Below, one piece after another: positions 49,412 through 58,873 of a stretch of DNA of 64,000 nucleotides. The notes beneath the pieces are model-generated. The model was not told the origin of the DNA and did no database searches. It was given only the letters and a program-made list of their open reading frames with translations. How positions within the stretch are numbered: position 1 is the first letter of the stretch; the number at the start of each line of letters is the position of its first letter. The translations under genes and the position numbers were made by a program. Source of the DNA: Candidatus Latescibacterota bacterium (lineage in GTDB: Bacteria > Latescibacterota > UBA2968 > UBA8231); assembly GCA_965248355.1 (NCBI GenBank), contig OZ252098.1, positions 800,001 to 864,000 on the forward strand, read 5' to 3'.

Positions 49412-50263
49412 ATGGCCCTGAGCGTCCCCCTCCAAGAACTCGGCCTGCCCTCCGACGTTTTGCTGTGGCAGGCGGTGCTGCTGACCGTCATGTCCTTCGG
49501 CGTCGGCATCGTGGGCGGATTCGTCGGGCTCACCCTGGGGACGGTGAGGCTGCCCGTGCTCCTGCTGCTCGGCCTGCCGTCGACCCTGGCGGCCGGCACC
49601 AACATCATCGTCAGCACCTGCAGCTCCCTCTTCGGCGCCCTGCGCCACATGCGGGAGGGGAGGGTGGACCTGCGGGTCGTCCTCCTCATGGGGGTGCCGA
49701 GCTTCGCGGGGGCCTTCTTCGGCGGGTACTACGCCGGCGCCGCGCCCGAGGAGTTGCTGGTGCTGCTGGTGGGGATCCTCGTGCTCTGGCAGGGGATCGA
49801 GCTGGTGGGCAAGGCCCGGGCCGCGGCCCGGAGCCCTGCCGGGCCGGGCGGCGCCATGGCCGGCGCCATGGCCGGCGGGACCCGGCGCGGGCGCCACCCG
49901 GCCCTGGCCGCGGCCATGGGCCTGGTCATCGGCGTGACCGGAGGCGCCGTCGGCCTCATCCTGGGGAGCTTGCGGCTGCCCGGTCTGATCCAGGTCCTGG
50001 GGATGGGCCCGAGGATCGCCGCCGGGACCAACCTCTTCATCGGATTCGCCATGGGCGCCTCGGGCTGGACGGGACACGTCGCCCGGGGACAGGTCGACTA
50101 CCCCCTGGCGGTGCTCATGAGCCTGGCCGCCCTGGCGGGCGTCAACATCGGCGCCCGGCGGACCGGCCGCGTCGGCCTGCGCAGCCTGCTGGCGTCGATG
50201 GGGGCGGTGCTGATCGTCGTCGGCGCCCTCATGGCGTGGCGGGGCGTCAGCGGATGGCTGTGA
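49412..50263 (+). CDS. TauE/SafE (TSUP) family membrane transporter
   Basis: Twice-repeated GG.VGL.LG..RLP...AAGTN motif; hydrophobic. Confidence 0.85.
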   Translation: MALSVPLQELGLPSDVLLWQAVLLTVMSFGVGIVGGFVGLTLGTVRLPVLLLLGLPSTLAAGTNIIVSTCSSLFGALRHMREGRVDLRVVLLMGVPSFAGAFFGGYYAGAAPEELLVLLVGILVLWQGIELVGKARAAARSPAGPGGAMAGAMAGGTRRGRHPALAAAMGLVIGVTGGAVGLILGSLRLPGLIQVLGMGPRIAAGTNLFIGFAMGASGWTGHVARGQVDYPLAVLMSLAALAGVNIGARRTGRVGLRSLLASMGAVLIVVGALMAWRGVSGWL

Positions 50264-50307
50264 CCCGCTCTCCACGCCGGGACTCACCGGCGTCAGGCGG
50301 CCGATCC

Positions 50308-53300
50308 ATGCCCGCCAGGCGAACCCGCACACACCCTCTCCTCGTCCTGTCCTTGCTGGTCCTGCTCGGCGGCCCCCGGGAGGCCCTGTCCCAGGCCACC
50401 ACCGGGGTGATCCGCGGCTCGGTCCGGGACCAGTTCGGCAGCCCCGTGGCCGACGCCCGGATCGCGATCAGGGAGACCCGCACCAACTACGAGCGCTCTC
50501 TCGCCTCGTCCGACCTGGGGACCTTCACGGCCACCTTGCTGCCCCTCGGTTCCTACGACGTGACCGTACAGGCCTCGGGATGGAGTGAAGTGCGGCGGAC
50601 CGGGGTGCCGGTGCGGGCCGGGGAGACCGTGGAACTGACCCTGGAGATGGTGCCCCAGATGGAGGCGGTCATCGTCGAGGCCTCGGTGCCCGCGGTGGAC
50701 GTCACCCGGAGCGGGCCGGCCACGCGCCTGCCCGAGGAGGCGGTGGGGGACCTGCCCAACAACGGCCGCAACTTCCTCGACCTGACCCTGCTGACGCCGG
50801 GCGCCGCCATCGTCCAGGGACCGGACGGCGACGAGCTGAGCATCGCCGGGCAGCGGGGGATCCACAACAACATCTCCGTGGACGGCGCGGATTTCAACAA
50901 CCCCTTCTTCGGCGAACAGCGCGGCGGCCAGCGCCCGGCCTTCACCTTCAATCTCGACGCCGTGGAGGAGATGGTCGTGGTGCCCCAGGGGGCCAACGCC
51001 GAGTTCGGCCGTTCCAGCGGCGGCTTCGTCAACGTCATCACCAAGTCGGGCGGCAACGAGCTGCGCGGCTCCCTGCACCTCTTCGGCAAGAGCTCGGCCC
51101 TGTCGGGCACGGCCCGCCACGACGGCCTGGAGCGGGAGCCGGACTTCGGCCAGGGGCAGTTCGGCTTCACCCTCGGAGGGCCCATCAAGAAGGACCGGGC
51201 CTTCTTCTTCACCGCCTACGACCAGCAGGTCCTGCGCGACACCCGGCAGGACGACGCCGGGCGCATCGACCCCCGGCTGCGCGGTTTCATGGACACGGAG
51301 TTCGAGGGCGCCCTGGCCGGCGACTACGGGGCCATCCAGCGCACCGACGATGCCCGCGCCTTCCTCGCCAAGGTCGACTGGCACCTCTCGGACCACCACT
51401 ACGCCACCTTCAAGTACAACTACACCTGGTCCGAGCAGGTGAACGGCACCTTCGACGTGGACTCGTGGGCCGGCAGCGCCAATGCCCTGGAGAGGGACTG
51501 GTCCCATGCCTTCAACGGCAGCCTGGTCTCGCTGCTGTCGGCCGCGGCGACCAACGAGTTCCGCTTCCAGCTCTCCCGCGAGGACCGTCCGCGCCCGTAC
51601 CGGGGCCCGATCAACCCCGGTACCGGCCGGCCCTTCCCGGACACGGCCATGGACTTCGACCACGGCTACCGCTTCGGGATGCCCTTCTTCATCCCCGTGG
51701 AGTACCACGACACCCGCCTTCAGTTGCTGAACAACGTCACCCTGGCCCGGGGCGATCACCTGTTCAAGGCCGGCGTCGAGTGGAACCGCGTCGAATCGGC
51801 GCAGACCTTCATCGGCTTCGCCAACGGCCGTTACATCTTCGGGTCGGTGGAAGGCTTTCTCAATTTCGTCGAGCAGGGCAACGGCTACGTGGAGTGCTCC
51901 GACGACAGCGCGGGCGCCGACGGCGCCTGCCCGGACGGGACGGCGATCACCGGGCCGGTGTTGATCTATCTGCAGCAGTCCGGCGTCGGCGGCCTGACGG
52001 TGGAGGAGGCGGGCACCCAGGAGATCCCCCAGCAGGAGCTGGCCCTGTTTTTGCAAGACAGCTGGAAGCCCGGCGACCGCCTCACCGTCGACTACGGCCT
52101 GCGCTGGGAGGCGCAGCTCCAGCCCGGCCCGATCACCGAGCCGGAGGACGTGTTCTTCGCCGATTTCATGGGACGCGAAGTGACCACTGAGACCGGGACC
52201 TACGAGTTCCCCTCCAACGGCCGCATCCCCTCCGACCGGGACATGTTCCAGCCGCGCCTCGGGGTGGCCTGGGACGTGCGGGGCGACAACCGGACCCTGG
52301 TGCGCGCCAGCGCCGGCCTCTACCACGCCCGCATCCCGGGCCTCAACCTGGCCAGCTCGCGCTCGACCAACGGCTCCCGCGGGCAATCGATCTTCCGCTC
52401 CAGCGCCCTGACGCCGGTCCTGGGTCCACCCCCGGCCTTCGGCGAGCTGCTGCCCGCACCCGCGGGCGATCCCTTCCGTCCCAACATCTTCGTCTTCGAC
52501 CGGGACTTCCAGAACCCGCGCACCCTCAGCACCCACGTGGGCCTCGAGCACGAGCTGCATGCCTCGGGCCTGGTGGGCTCCATCGGTTACACCCATGCCC
52601 GCACCGACGACCTGACGCGCTTCGTCAACCACAACGACGCCGGCTTCGGCTCACCCTGGGCCGCGGGCCTGGGGGCCGACGGCGGCAACGGTCTCGGCGA
52701 TCTCACCGTCGTGGAGAGCACGGCCCGCTCGCGCTACCACGGCCTCGGGCTCGGCCTGCGGCGGATGGTGGGGGAGGGGGAGGTCCAGTTCCAGATCAAC
52801 TACACCTTGTCGTGGGACCGCTCCGACGACGACAACGAGCGCGACCCCTTCACCTTCCGCTACGTGGATCCCACGCGGCTGGACCGCGAGTGGGGCTACT
52901 CCGACCGCGACCAGCGCCACCGCCTCAACGCCTGGGCCCTGGCGCGGCTGCCCGGCGGGCTCTCACTCAACCACCGCCTGAGCTGGTACTCGGCGCAGCC
53001 GGTCTCCGAGGCCTGCGGCGACGGCAACCGCGGCACCGGCCGGCCGGCGGTCAACCCCTGGGGCGCCCTCTCCGACCGCATCTGCGGCGACGGCCGCATC
53101 CTCCGGCGCAACACCCTGCGCAAGGACCACGGGTTCTTCTCCTGGGACGTGCGCCTGTCGCGGCCGGTCCCGGTGGGGGACGGCCGGCTGGAGGCGATCG
53201 TGGAGGTTTTCAACCTGCTCGACACCGACAACTACCGCGAGCCCTCCAGCGCCGGCCTGCTCTTCAACTTCGACGGCGCCGTGCAGTCGGGCCTGGGCGA

Positions 53301-53340
53301 TCCCCGCGAGGTCCAGCTCGGCCTGCGCTGCGCCTGGTGA
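50308..53340 (+). CDS. TonB-dependent receptor (Oar-like) with an N-terminal carboxypeptidase-regulatory-like domain
   Basis: Signal peptide; LP.NGRNF..L..L.PG, AEFGRSSGG.VNVITKSG.N, QDSWK, PRLG.AWD; terminal Trp. Confidence 0.9.
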   Translation: MPARRTRTHPLLVLSLLVLLGGPREALSQATTGVIRGSVRDQFGSPVADARIAIRETRTNYERSLASSDLGTFTATLLPLGSYDVTVQASGWSEVRRTGVPVRAGETVELTLEMVPQMEAVIVEASVPAVDVTRSGPATRLPEEAVGDLPNNGRNFLDLTLLTPGAAIVQGPDGDELSIAGQRGIHNNISVDGADFNNPFFGEQRGGQRPAFTFNLDAVEEMVVVPQGANAEFGRSSGGFVNVITKSGGNELRGSLHLFGKSSALSGTARHDGLEREPDFGQGQFGFTLGGPIKKDRAFFFTAYDQQVLRDTRQDDAGRIDPRLRGFMDTEFEGALAGDYGAIQRTDDARAFLAKVDWHLSDHHYATFKYNYTWSEQVNGTFDVDSWAGSANALERDWSHAFNGSLVSLLSAAATNEFRFQLSREDRPRPYRGPINPGTGRPFPDTAMDFDHGYRFGMPFFIPVEYHDTRLQLLNNVTLARGDHLFKAGVEWNRVESAQTFIGFANGRYIFGSVEGFLNFVEQGNGYVECSDDSAGADGACPDGTAITGPVLIYLQQSGVGGLTVEEAGTQEIPQQELALFLQDSWKPGDRLTVDYGLRWEAQLQPGPITEPEDVFFADFMGREVTTETGTYEFPSNGRIPSDRDMFQPRLGVAWDVRGDNRTLVRASAGLYHARIPGLNLASSRSTNGSRGQSIFRSSALTPVLGPPPAFGELLPAPAGDPFRPNIFVFDRDFQNPRTLSTHVGLEHELHASGLVGSIGYTHARTDDLTRFVNHNDAGFGSPWAAGLGADGGNGLGDLTVVESTARSRYHGLGLGLRRMVGEGEVQFQINYTLSWDRSDDDNERDPFTFRYVDPTRLDREWGYSDRDQRHRLNAWALARLPGGLSLNHRLSWYSAQPVSEACGDGNRGTGRPAVNPWGALSDRICGDGRILRRNTLRKDHGFFSWDVRLSRPVPVGDGRLEAIVEVFNLLDTDNYREPSSAGLLFNFDGAVQSGLGDPREVQLGLRCAW

Positions 53341-53342
53341 CC

Positions 53343-54578
53343 ATGGAACGGCTGATCAGCCTCTTCGGGCTCCTGGTGATGGTCGGTCTGGCCTTCGCCC
53401 TGAGCGCTGACCGCCGCCGCGTGGACCTGCGTCTGGTGGGGGCCGGCGTTGGTCTGCAGTTCCTCCTCGCCCTGCTCGTCCTCAAGACCGGTCCGGGCCA
53501 GGCCCTGTTCGCCCTGGCCGGCGGGTTCTTCACCGCCCTTCTCGGCTACGTCGATTTCGGCTCCCGCTTCGTCTTCGGCGACGCCTTCGAGGACCACTTC
53601 TTCGCCTTCAAGGTCCTGCCCACCATCATCTTCTTCTCCGCCTTGATGAGCGTGCTCTACCACCTCGGCCTGATGCAGCCGGTGGTGGGGGCCTTCGCCT
53701 GGGTCATGCGCCGCAGCCTGCGCACCTCGGGCGCCGAGAGCCTGGCGGCGGCGGCCAACGTCTTCGTCGGCCAGACCGAGGCCCCCCTCGTGGTGCGCCC
53801 CTACGTGGCCGCCATGACCCGCTCGGAGCTGATGGCCCTCATGGTGGGCGGCTTCGCCACCATCGCCGGCGCCGTGCTGGCCGCCTTCGTGGGCCTGGGG
53901 ATCGACGCCGCCCACCTGCTGGCCGCCTCGGTGATCTCCGCCCCGGCGGCGCTCATGGCCGCCAAGGTGATGCAGCCGGAGGTGGAGGCCCCCGCCACCC
54001 TGGGACAGACCGCGGTCCGGGTGGAGCGCACCGCCGACAACGTGGTGGAGGCGGCGGCCAACGGCACCCTGGACGGTTTGCGGCTGGCCCTGAACGTGGC
54101 CGCCATGCTCATCGCCGCCCTCGGGTTGATCGCCCTGCTCGACGGCTCCCTGGGCTGGCTGGGCCGGGCCGTGGGCTGGGTCCTGGGGATGGAGGGGATG
54201 GAGTGGTCCCTGTCGGCGGCCCTGGGCTACCTCTTCGCCCCCTTCGCCTGGCTCATGGGCATCGAGGCCGCCGACTGCCTGCACGCCGGCGAGCTGCTGG
54301 GCAAGAAGATGGTGGCCAACGAGTTCGTCTCCTACGTTCAGTTGAGCCAGTGGATGCAGCCCGGCTCGGGGGTGGAGCTGAGCCCGCGCTCCGTGGTCAT
54401 CCTGACCTACGCCCTGTGCGGCTTCGCCAACTTCAGCAGCATCGGCATCCAGATCGGCGGCATCGGCGGCCTCGCCCCCGAGCGCCGGTCCGACCTGGCG
54501 CGTCTCGGCTTCCGGGCCATGCTCGGCGGTACCCTGGCCTGCTTCATGACCGCCTGCGTGGCGGGGATCCTGCTGTAG
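53343..54578 (+). CDS. nupC: concentrative nucleoside transporter (CNT, NupC-like)
   Basis: LPTIIFFS, FVGQTEAPL, GGFATIAG, NEFVSY and YALCGFANFSSIGIQIGG motifs. Confidence 0.92.
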   Translation: MERLISLFGLLVMVGLAFALSADRRRVDLRLVGAGVGLQFLLALLVLKTGPGQALFALAGGFFTALLGYVDFGSRFVFGDAFEDHFFAFKVLPTIIFFSALMSVLYHLGLMQPVVGAFAWVMRRSLRTSGAESLAAAANVFVGQTEAPLVVRPYVAAMTRSELMALMVGGFATIAGAVLAAFVGLGIDAAHLLAASVISAPAALMAAKVMQPEVEAPATLGQTAVRVERTADNVVEAAANGTLDGLRLALNVAAMLIAALGLIALLDGSLGWLGRAVGWVLGMEGMEWSLSAALGYLFAPFAWLMGIEAADCLHAGELLGKKMVANEFVSYVQLSQWMQPGSGVELSPRSVVILTYALCGFANFSSIGIQIGGIGGLAPERRSDLARLGFRAMLGGTLACFMTACVAGILL

Positions 54579-54677
54579 ATTCACCTCGGAGGAGGAATCA
54601 TGGTGCCACCACGAGACTCCGCGGCCCGTACCGGACCGTTCAGGGTCGGCCGAGCGCCAGATCGAGGACGCGACGCG

Positions 54678-55967
54678 ATGACCACTGATCGGCGCACCTT
54701 TCTAGGCCGTCTCTTCGCCGCTGGTTATGGGCTGGGAAGCTTCTCGCTCCTGCGCGCCCAGGATCTGGATCCGCCCGAAGGCGAGGTCTGCAAGAAGATC
54801 GCCTTCCTTGGCACGGAGGTGCGTACGCACTCGCACGCCCAACACTTTCTCGACCGCCTGGCGATGGGTTACGGGTGGGGCGGGCACTGGGAGGATCCGC
54901 GCCTTGAAATCGCCTCGGTCTACCTCGACCAGTTTCCGGAGGTCGACCTGGGGCGGCAACGTGTCGAAAAGTACGGGCTGAGACTCTATCCCAGCATCGA
55001 GGAAGCCCTCACCCTCGGTACCGGCCAGCTCGCCGTCGATGGGGTGGTTATCATCGCCGAACACGGAGATTACCCCTACAACGAGAAGGGTCAGAAACTC
55101 TACCCGCGCTACCAGTGGTTCAAGAAGTGCGTGAACGTCTTCGAGCAGTCCGGCCGGTCGGTTCCAGTCTTCAACGACAAGCACCTCTCCACCAACTGGA
55201 AGGAATGCGCTGAGATGGTGGCAGACTCAAAGCGCCTCGGTTTTCCATTTTTCGCGGGCTCCTCGCTTCCGGTCACGCGCCGCATGCCCTCGCTCGACAT
55301 GCCGCACGGGGCTCCTCTCGAGGAGAGCGTCTGCGTGGCCTACGGTGGCGTCGACAGCTACGACATCCACGCCCTGGAGACGGCGCAGTGCATGTCGGAA
55401 CGGCGCCAGGGTGGCGAAGTCGGCATCAAGAGGGTGCTCGCCCTCCGCAATCAGGCCATGTGGGACTACGTCTTCCGCAGCGACCGCGCCGGCACCCGCC
55501 GCCTTGTCGAATCCGCATTGACCCGCAGCCACAATCTCCCCGTAAGCGGCGGCTACTACACCGATCGCATCACCTGCGAGTGGGCCCGCGAGAAGTTCGG
55601 CCAGGCCACCGGCTACTTCATCGAGCACCGCGACGGTTTCCGCACCTCGATGTTTCTGGTCGGCATCCAGGACTTCAACTATGCCGGGCTTCGCGCCGAC
55701 AATGGTGAAATCGTCTCGACCCAGATGTATCTTCCGATGCCCACCCACGGCTCCACCACCGCCGATTTCTTTCACCCCCTTGTTCGGCACATCGAAGACA
55801 CCGTCCTCACCGGCCAGGTCCCGTACCCCGCCGAACGCACTCTCCTCACCTCCGGCATGGTCATCGCCGGAGTGGAGAGTCTGCACCGGGGCGGCGTGCC
55901 GATTGACACTCCGGAGATGGCGGTGCGCTACACGGTGGGACCGAAATCGACCTATTGGCGGGACTGA
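54678..55967 (+). CDS. putative Tat-exported Gfo/Idh/MocA-like oxidoreductase
   Basis: DRRTFL twin-arginine signal; YPSIEEAL, VDGV.IIAEHG, PVFNDKHL, AGSS and Y.IHALE motifs. Confidence 0.65.
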   Translation: MTTDRRTFLGRLFAAGYGLGSFSLLRAQDLDPPEGEVCKKIAFLGTEVRTHSHAQHFLDRLAMGYGWGGHWEDPRLEIASVYLDQFPEVDLGRQRVEKYGLRLYPSIEEALTLGTGQLAVDGVVIIAEHGDYPYNEKGQKLYPRYQWFKKCVNVFEQSGRSVPVFNDKHLSTNWKECAEMVADSKRLGFPFFAGSSLPVTRRMPSLDMPHGAPLEESVCVAYGGVDSYDIHALETAQCMSERRQGGEVGIKRVLALRNQAMWDYVFRSDRAGTRRLVESALTRSHNLPVSGGYYTDRITCEWAREKFGQATGYFIEHRDGFRTSMFLVGIQDFNYAGLRADNGEIVSTQMYLPMPTHGSTTADFFHPLVRHIEDTVLTGQVPYPAERTLLTSGMVIAGVESLHRGGVPIDTPEMAVRYTVGPKSTYWRD

Positions 55968-55973
55968 GGGATC

Positions 55974-58412
55974 TTGAGCAACGGCGACCTCAACTGGATC
56001 GCGAACTACATCTGGGGCATCGCCGACGACGTCCTGCGCGACCTCTACGTGCGCGGCAAGTACCGCGACGTGATCCTGCCCATGACCGTGCTGCGCCGGC
56101 TCGACGCGGTGCTGGAGGACAGCAAGCAGGCGGTTCTGGACATGAAGGCCACCCTCGACGAAGCCGGGGTCGTCGAGCAGGATGCGACCCTGCGGCAGGT
56201 CGCGGGTCAGGCCTTCTACAACACCTCGAAGTTCACCCTGCGCGACCTGCGCGCCCGCGCCAACCGCCAGCAGCTCGAGGCCGACTTCCGGGCCTGGCTC
56301 GACGGGTTCTCGCCCAGCGTGCAGGACATCCTCGACAACTTCGAGTTCCGCAACCAGATACAGAGACTCTCCAGGGCCGACGCCCTGGGCACGCTGATCG
56401 AGAAGCTGACCTCCCCCGACATCAACCTGAGCCCAGCCCCGGTGCGCAACGCCGACGGCTCGGTCCGGCACCCCGGCCTCGACAACCACGGCATGGGCAC
56501 GATCTTCGAGGAACTGATCCGGCGCTTCAACGAGGAGAACAACGAGGAGGCGGGCGAGCACTGGACCCCGCGCGACGCCGTGACCCTGATGGCGAAGCTG
56601 GTCTTCCTGCCCGTGGCCGACCGGATCAAGTCCGGCACCTACCTGATCTACGACGGGGCCTGCGGCACCGGCGGCATGCTGACCGTGGCCGAGGACGTGC
56701 TGCAGCAGCTCGCCGCCGAGCACGGCAAGCAGGTATCCACCCACCTGTTCGGCCAGGAGATCAACGCCGAGACCTACGCCATCTGCAAGGCCGACTTGCT
56801 GCTGAAGGGGGAAGGGGACGCCGCCGACAACATCGTGGGCGGCCCCGAGCACTCGACCCTGGCCAACGACGCCTTCCCCTCCCGCGAGTTCGACTTCATG
56901 CTCTCCAATCCCCCCTACGGCAAGAGCTGGAAGACCGACCTGGAGCGCATGGGCGGCAAGCGCGACATGCGCGACCCCCGCTTCGTGATCGAGCACGACG
57001 GCGATCCCGAGTACTCCCTGGTCACCCGCTCCAGCGACGGCCAGATGCTCTTCCTCGCCAACAAGCTGTCCAAGATGAAGCCGGGCGGCAGCCGCATCGC
57101 CGAAGTCCACAACGGCAGCTCCCTGTTCACCGGCGACGCCGGCCAGGGCGAGAGCAACATCCGCCGCTGGATCATCGAGAACGACTGGCTGGAGGCGATC
57201 GTCGCCCTGCCCCTCAACATGTTCTACAACACCGGCATCGCCACCTACGTCTGGGTGCTCACCAACCGCAAGCCGGAGCAGCGCCGGGGCAAGGTGCAGC
57301 TGATCGACGCCACCGGGTGGCACCGGCCCCTGCGCAAGAACCTGGGCAAGAAGAACTGCGAGCTCGGCGAGGAGGACATCCAGCGCATCTGCGACACCTT
57401 CCTCGCCTTCGAGGAGAGCGAGCAGAGCAGGATCTTCGACAACGCCGCCTTCGGCTACTGGAAGGTGACGGTCGAGCGTCCGCTGCGGCTCGAAGGAGCC
57501 GACCCCGACCGAGCCTACAAGACCGCCGAGATCAAGAAGCTCAAGGAGAGCTGCGAGCGCAGCGAGACCGCGCCGCCCGTCATCAGGAAGATCCACAGGA
57601 GGGGCACGGAGGCCGACCCGCTGCGCGGCCGGTTCGAGGCTACTGTCAACGGCAGGTCCGCCGTGGTGGAGTACGAACCGGACACCGATCTGCGCGACAC
57701 CGAGCAGATCCCGCTGCAGGAGGAAGGCGGCATCGAGGCGTTCCTGCGGCGGGAGGTGGTGCCCTTTGCGGCTGACGCCTGGTGCCAACCGGACAGCGTG
57801 AGGATCGGCTACGAGATCAGCTTCACGCGGTATTTCTACAAGCCCCAACCGATGCGGACGCTGCAGGAGATCGGGGCGGATATTCTAGAGATAGAGAAAG
57901 AGACTGAGGGGCTGCTCGGCGATCTGCCGATGGTGCGCGAACCGCCGACTGAGTACGGCAAGCCGCGCATCTACGTGGACACCTCGGTGATCGGCGGCTG
58001 CCATGACGATGAATTCCGCGAACAATCGATGCAGTTGTTCGAGATGTTTCGCCAAGGAGAAGCCAAGATGCTCCTCTCGGGCATCACTCTGGATGAACTT
58101 GCGGATGCTCCGCCCTCCGTCAGGCAGGCAACCAGCACCGTTCCCCCGGAACACGCGGAGCTGCTCGCCACTTCAAGAGAGGCAGAAGAGCTCGCCGATG
58201 CCTACATCTCGGCTGGGGCCATGGGTGGGGCCAACCTGAACGATGCGCTGCACATCGCTCTCGCGACCTTGGCCAAGGCCGATGTCCTGGTGAGCTGGAA
58301 TTTCAGGCACATGGTGAACTGGCGGCGCATCAGGGTCTGCAACAAGGTAAATCGAGAGAACGGCTACTCTGCTATTGACATTCGAACTCCGGAGGAAATT
58401 ACCCATGACTAA
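55974..58412 (+). CDS. hsdM: type I R-M methyltransferase HsdM fused to a C-terminal PIN (VapC-like) nuclease domain (about 57960-58412)
   Basis: IW.IADD.LR, AGEHWTPR, YDGACGTGGML, NPPY, IGYEI.F.RYFY; continues without a stop into IYVDTSV...LDEL...DALHIA...DVLVSWNFRHMVN. Confidence 0.9.
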   Translation: MSNGDLNWIANYIWGIADDVLRDLYVRGKYRDVILPMTVLRRLDAVLEDSKQAVLDMKATLDEAGVVEQDATLRQVAGQAFYNTSKFTLRDLRARANRQQLEADFRAWLDGFSPSVQDILDNFEFRNQIQRLSRADALGTLIEKLTSPDINLSPAPVRNADGSVRHPGLDNHGMGTIFEELIRRFNEENNEEAGEHWTPRDAVTLMAKLVFLPVADRIKSGTYLIYDGACGTGGMLTVAEDVLQQLAAEHGKQVSTHLFGQEINAETYAICKADLLLKGEGDAADNIVGGPEHSTLANDAFPSREFDFMLSNPPYGKSWKTDLERMGGKRDMRDPRFVIEHDGDPEYSLVTRSSDGQMLFLANKLSKMKPGGSRIAEVHNGSSLFTGDAGQGESNIRRWIIENDWLEAIVALPLNMFYNTGIATYVWVLTNRKPEQRRGKVQLIDATGWHRPLRKNLGKKNCELGEEDIQRICDTFLAFEESEQSRIFDNAAFGYWKVTVERPLRLEGADPDRAYKTAEIKKLKESCERSETAPPVIRKIHRRGTEADPLRGRFEATVNGRSAVVEYEPDTDLRDTEQIPLQEEGGIEAFLRREVVPFAADAWCQPDSVRIGYEISFTRYFYKPQPMRTLQEIGADILEIEKETEGLLGDLPMVREPPTEYGKPRIYVDTSVIGGCHDDEFREQSMQLFEMFRQGEAKMLLSGITLDELADAPPSVRQATSTVPPEHAELLATSREAEELADAYISAGAMGGANLNDALHIALATLAKADVLVSWNFRHMVNWRRIRVCNKVNRENGYSAIDIRTPEEITHD

Positions 58413-58620
58413 GGCCCGTCCCAGCAAGAAGAAATTCGACTGCGTCAAATTCATGCGCGAAGCCCGCGCCCGCAGTGTCGCCGAGACCGCCAACATGACG
58501 ATTGACGAACGGATAGAGTGGTTCAATTCCAAGCGGTATTCCGACCCCGCGCTGGAGGCATTGGCCGCGCGAATGCGCCAATCAACACAGGCCAGGCCCA
58601 CAGATAGTCGCGACGACTGA
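58405..58620 (+). CDS. small putative antitoxin partner of the PIN domain
   Basis: 71 aa, KKFDCVKFMREAR...ETANMT..E; GGAGG RBS; overlaps the hsdM-PIN stop. Confidence 0.65.
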   Translation: MTKARPSKKKFDCVKFMREARARSVAETANMTIDERIEWFNSKRYSDPALEALAARMRQSTQARPTDSRDD

Positions 58621-58654
58621 GCCAAGAGGGAAACCGATACCGCAGGAGCGAGCG

Positions 58655-58873
58655 ATGTCCAGCACCGAGATCATCTTTGAAGTCAGCGAAGACGAAATAG
58701 ATGGGGGTTATTCAGCAAGTGCGCCTGGATATGGCATCCATATGCAGGGCGAAGACTGGAACGACCTGAAGGCCATGGTGCGAGACGCGGTGCTTTGCCA
58801 CTTTGACGACTCCATGCCGCGGCCCAAGTTGATTCGCCTTCACTTCGTTCGTGATGAGATTCTCTTGGTATGA
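58655..58873 (+). CDS. HicB-like antitoxin-fold small protein (no adjacent hicA)
   Basis: EIIFEV.ED..DGGY.A.A.G..I..QG....DLK.MVRDAV.CHFD; AGGAG RBS. Confidence 0.7.
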   Translation: MSSTEIIFEVSEDEIDGGYSASAPGYGIHMQGEDWNDLKAMVRDAVLCHFDDSMPRPKLIRLHFVRDEILLV

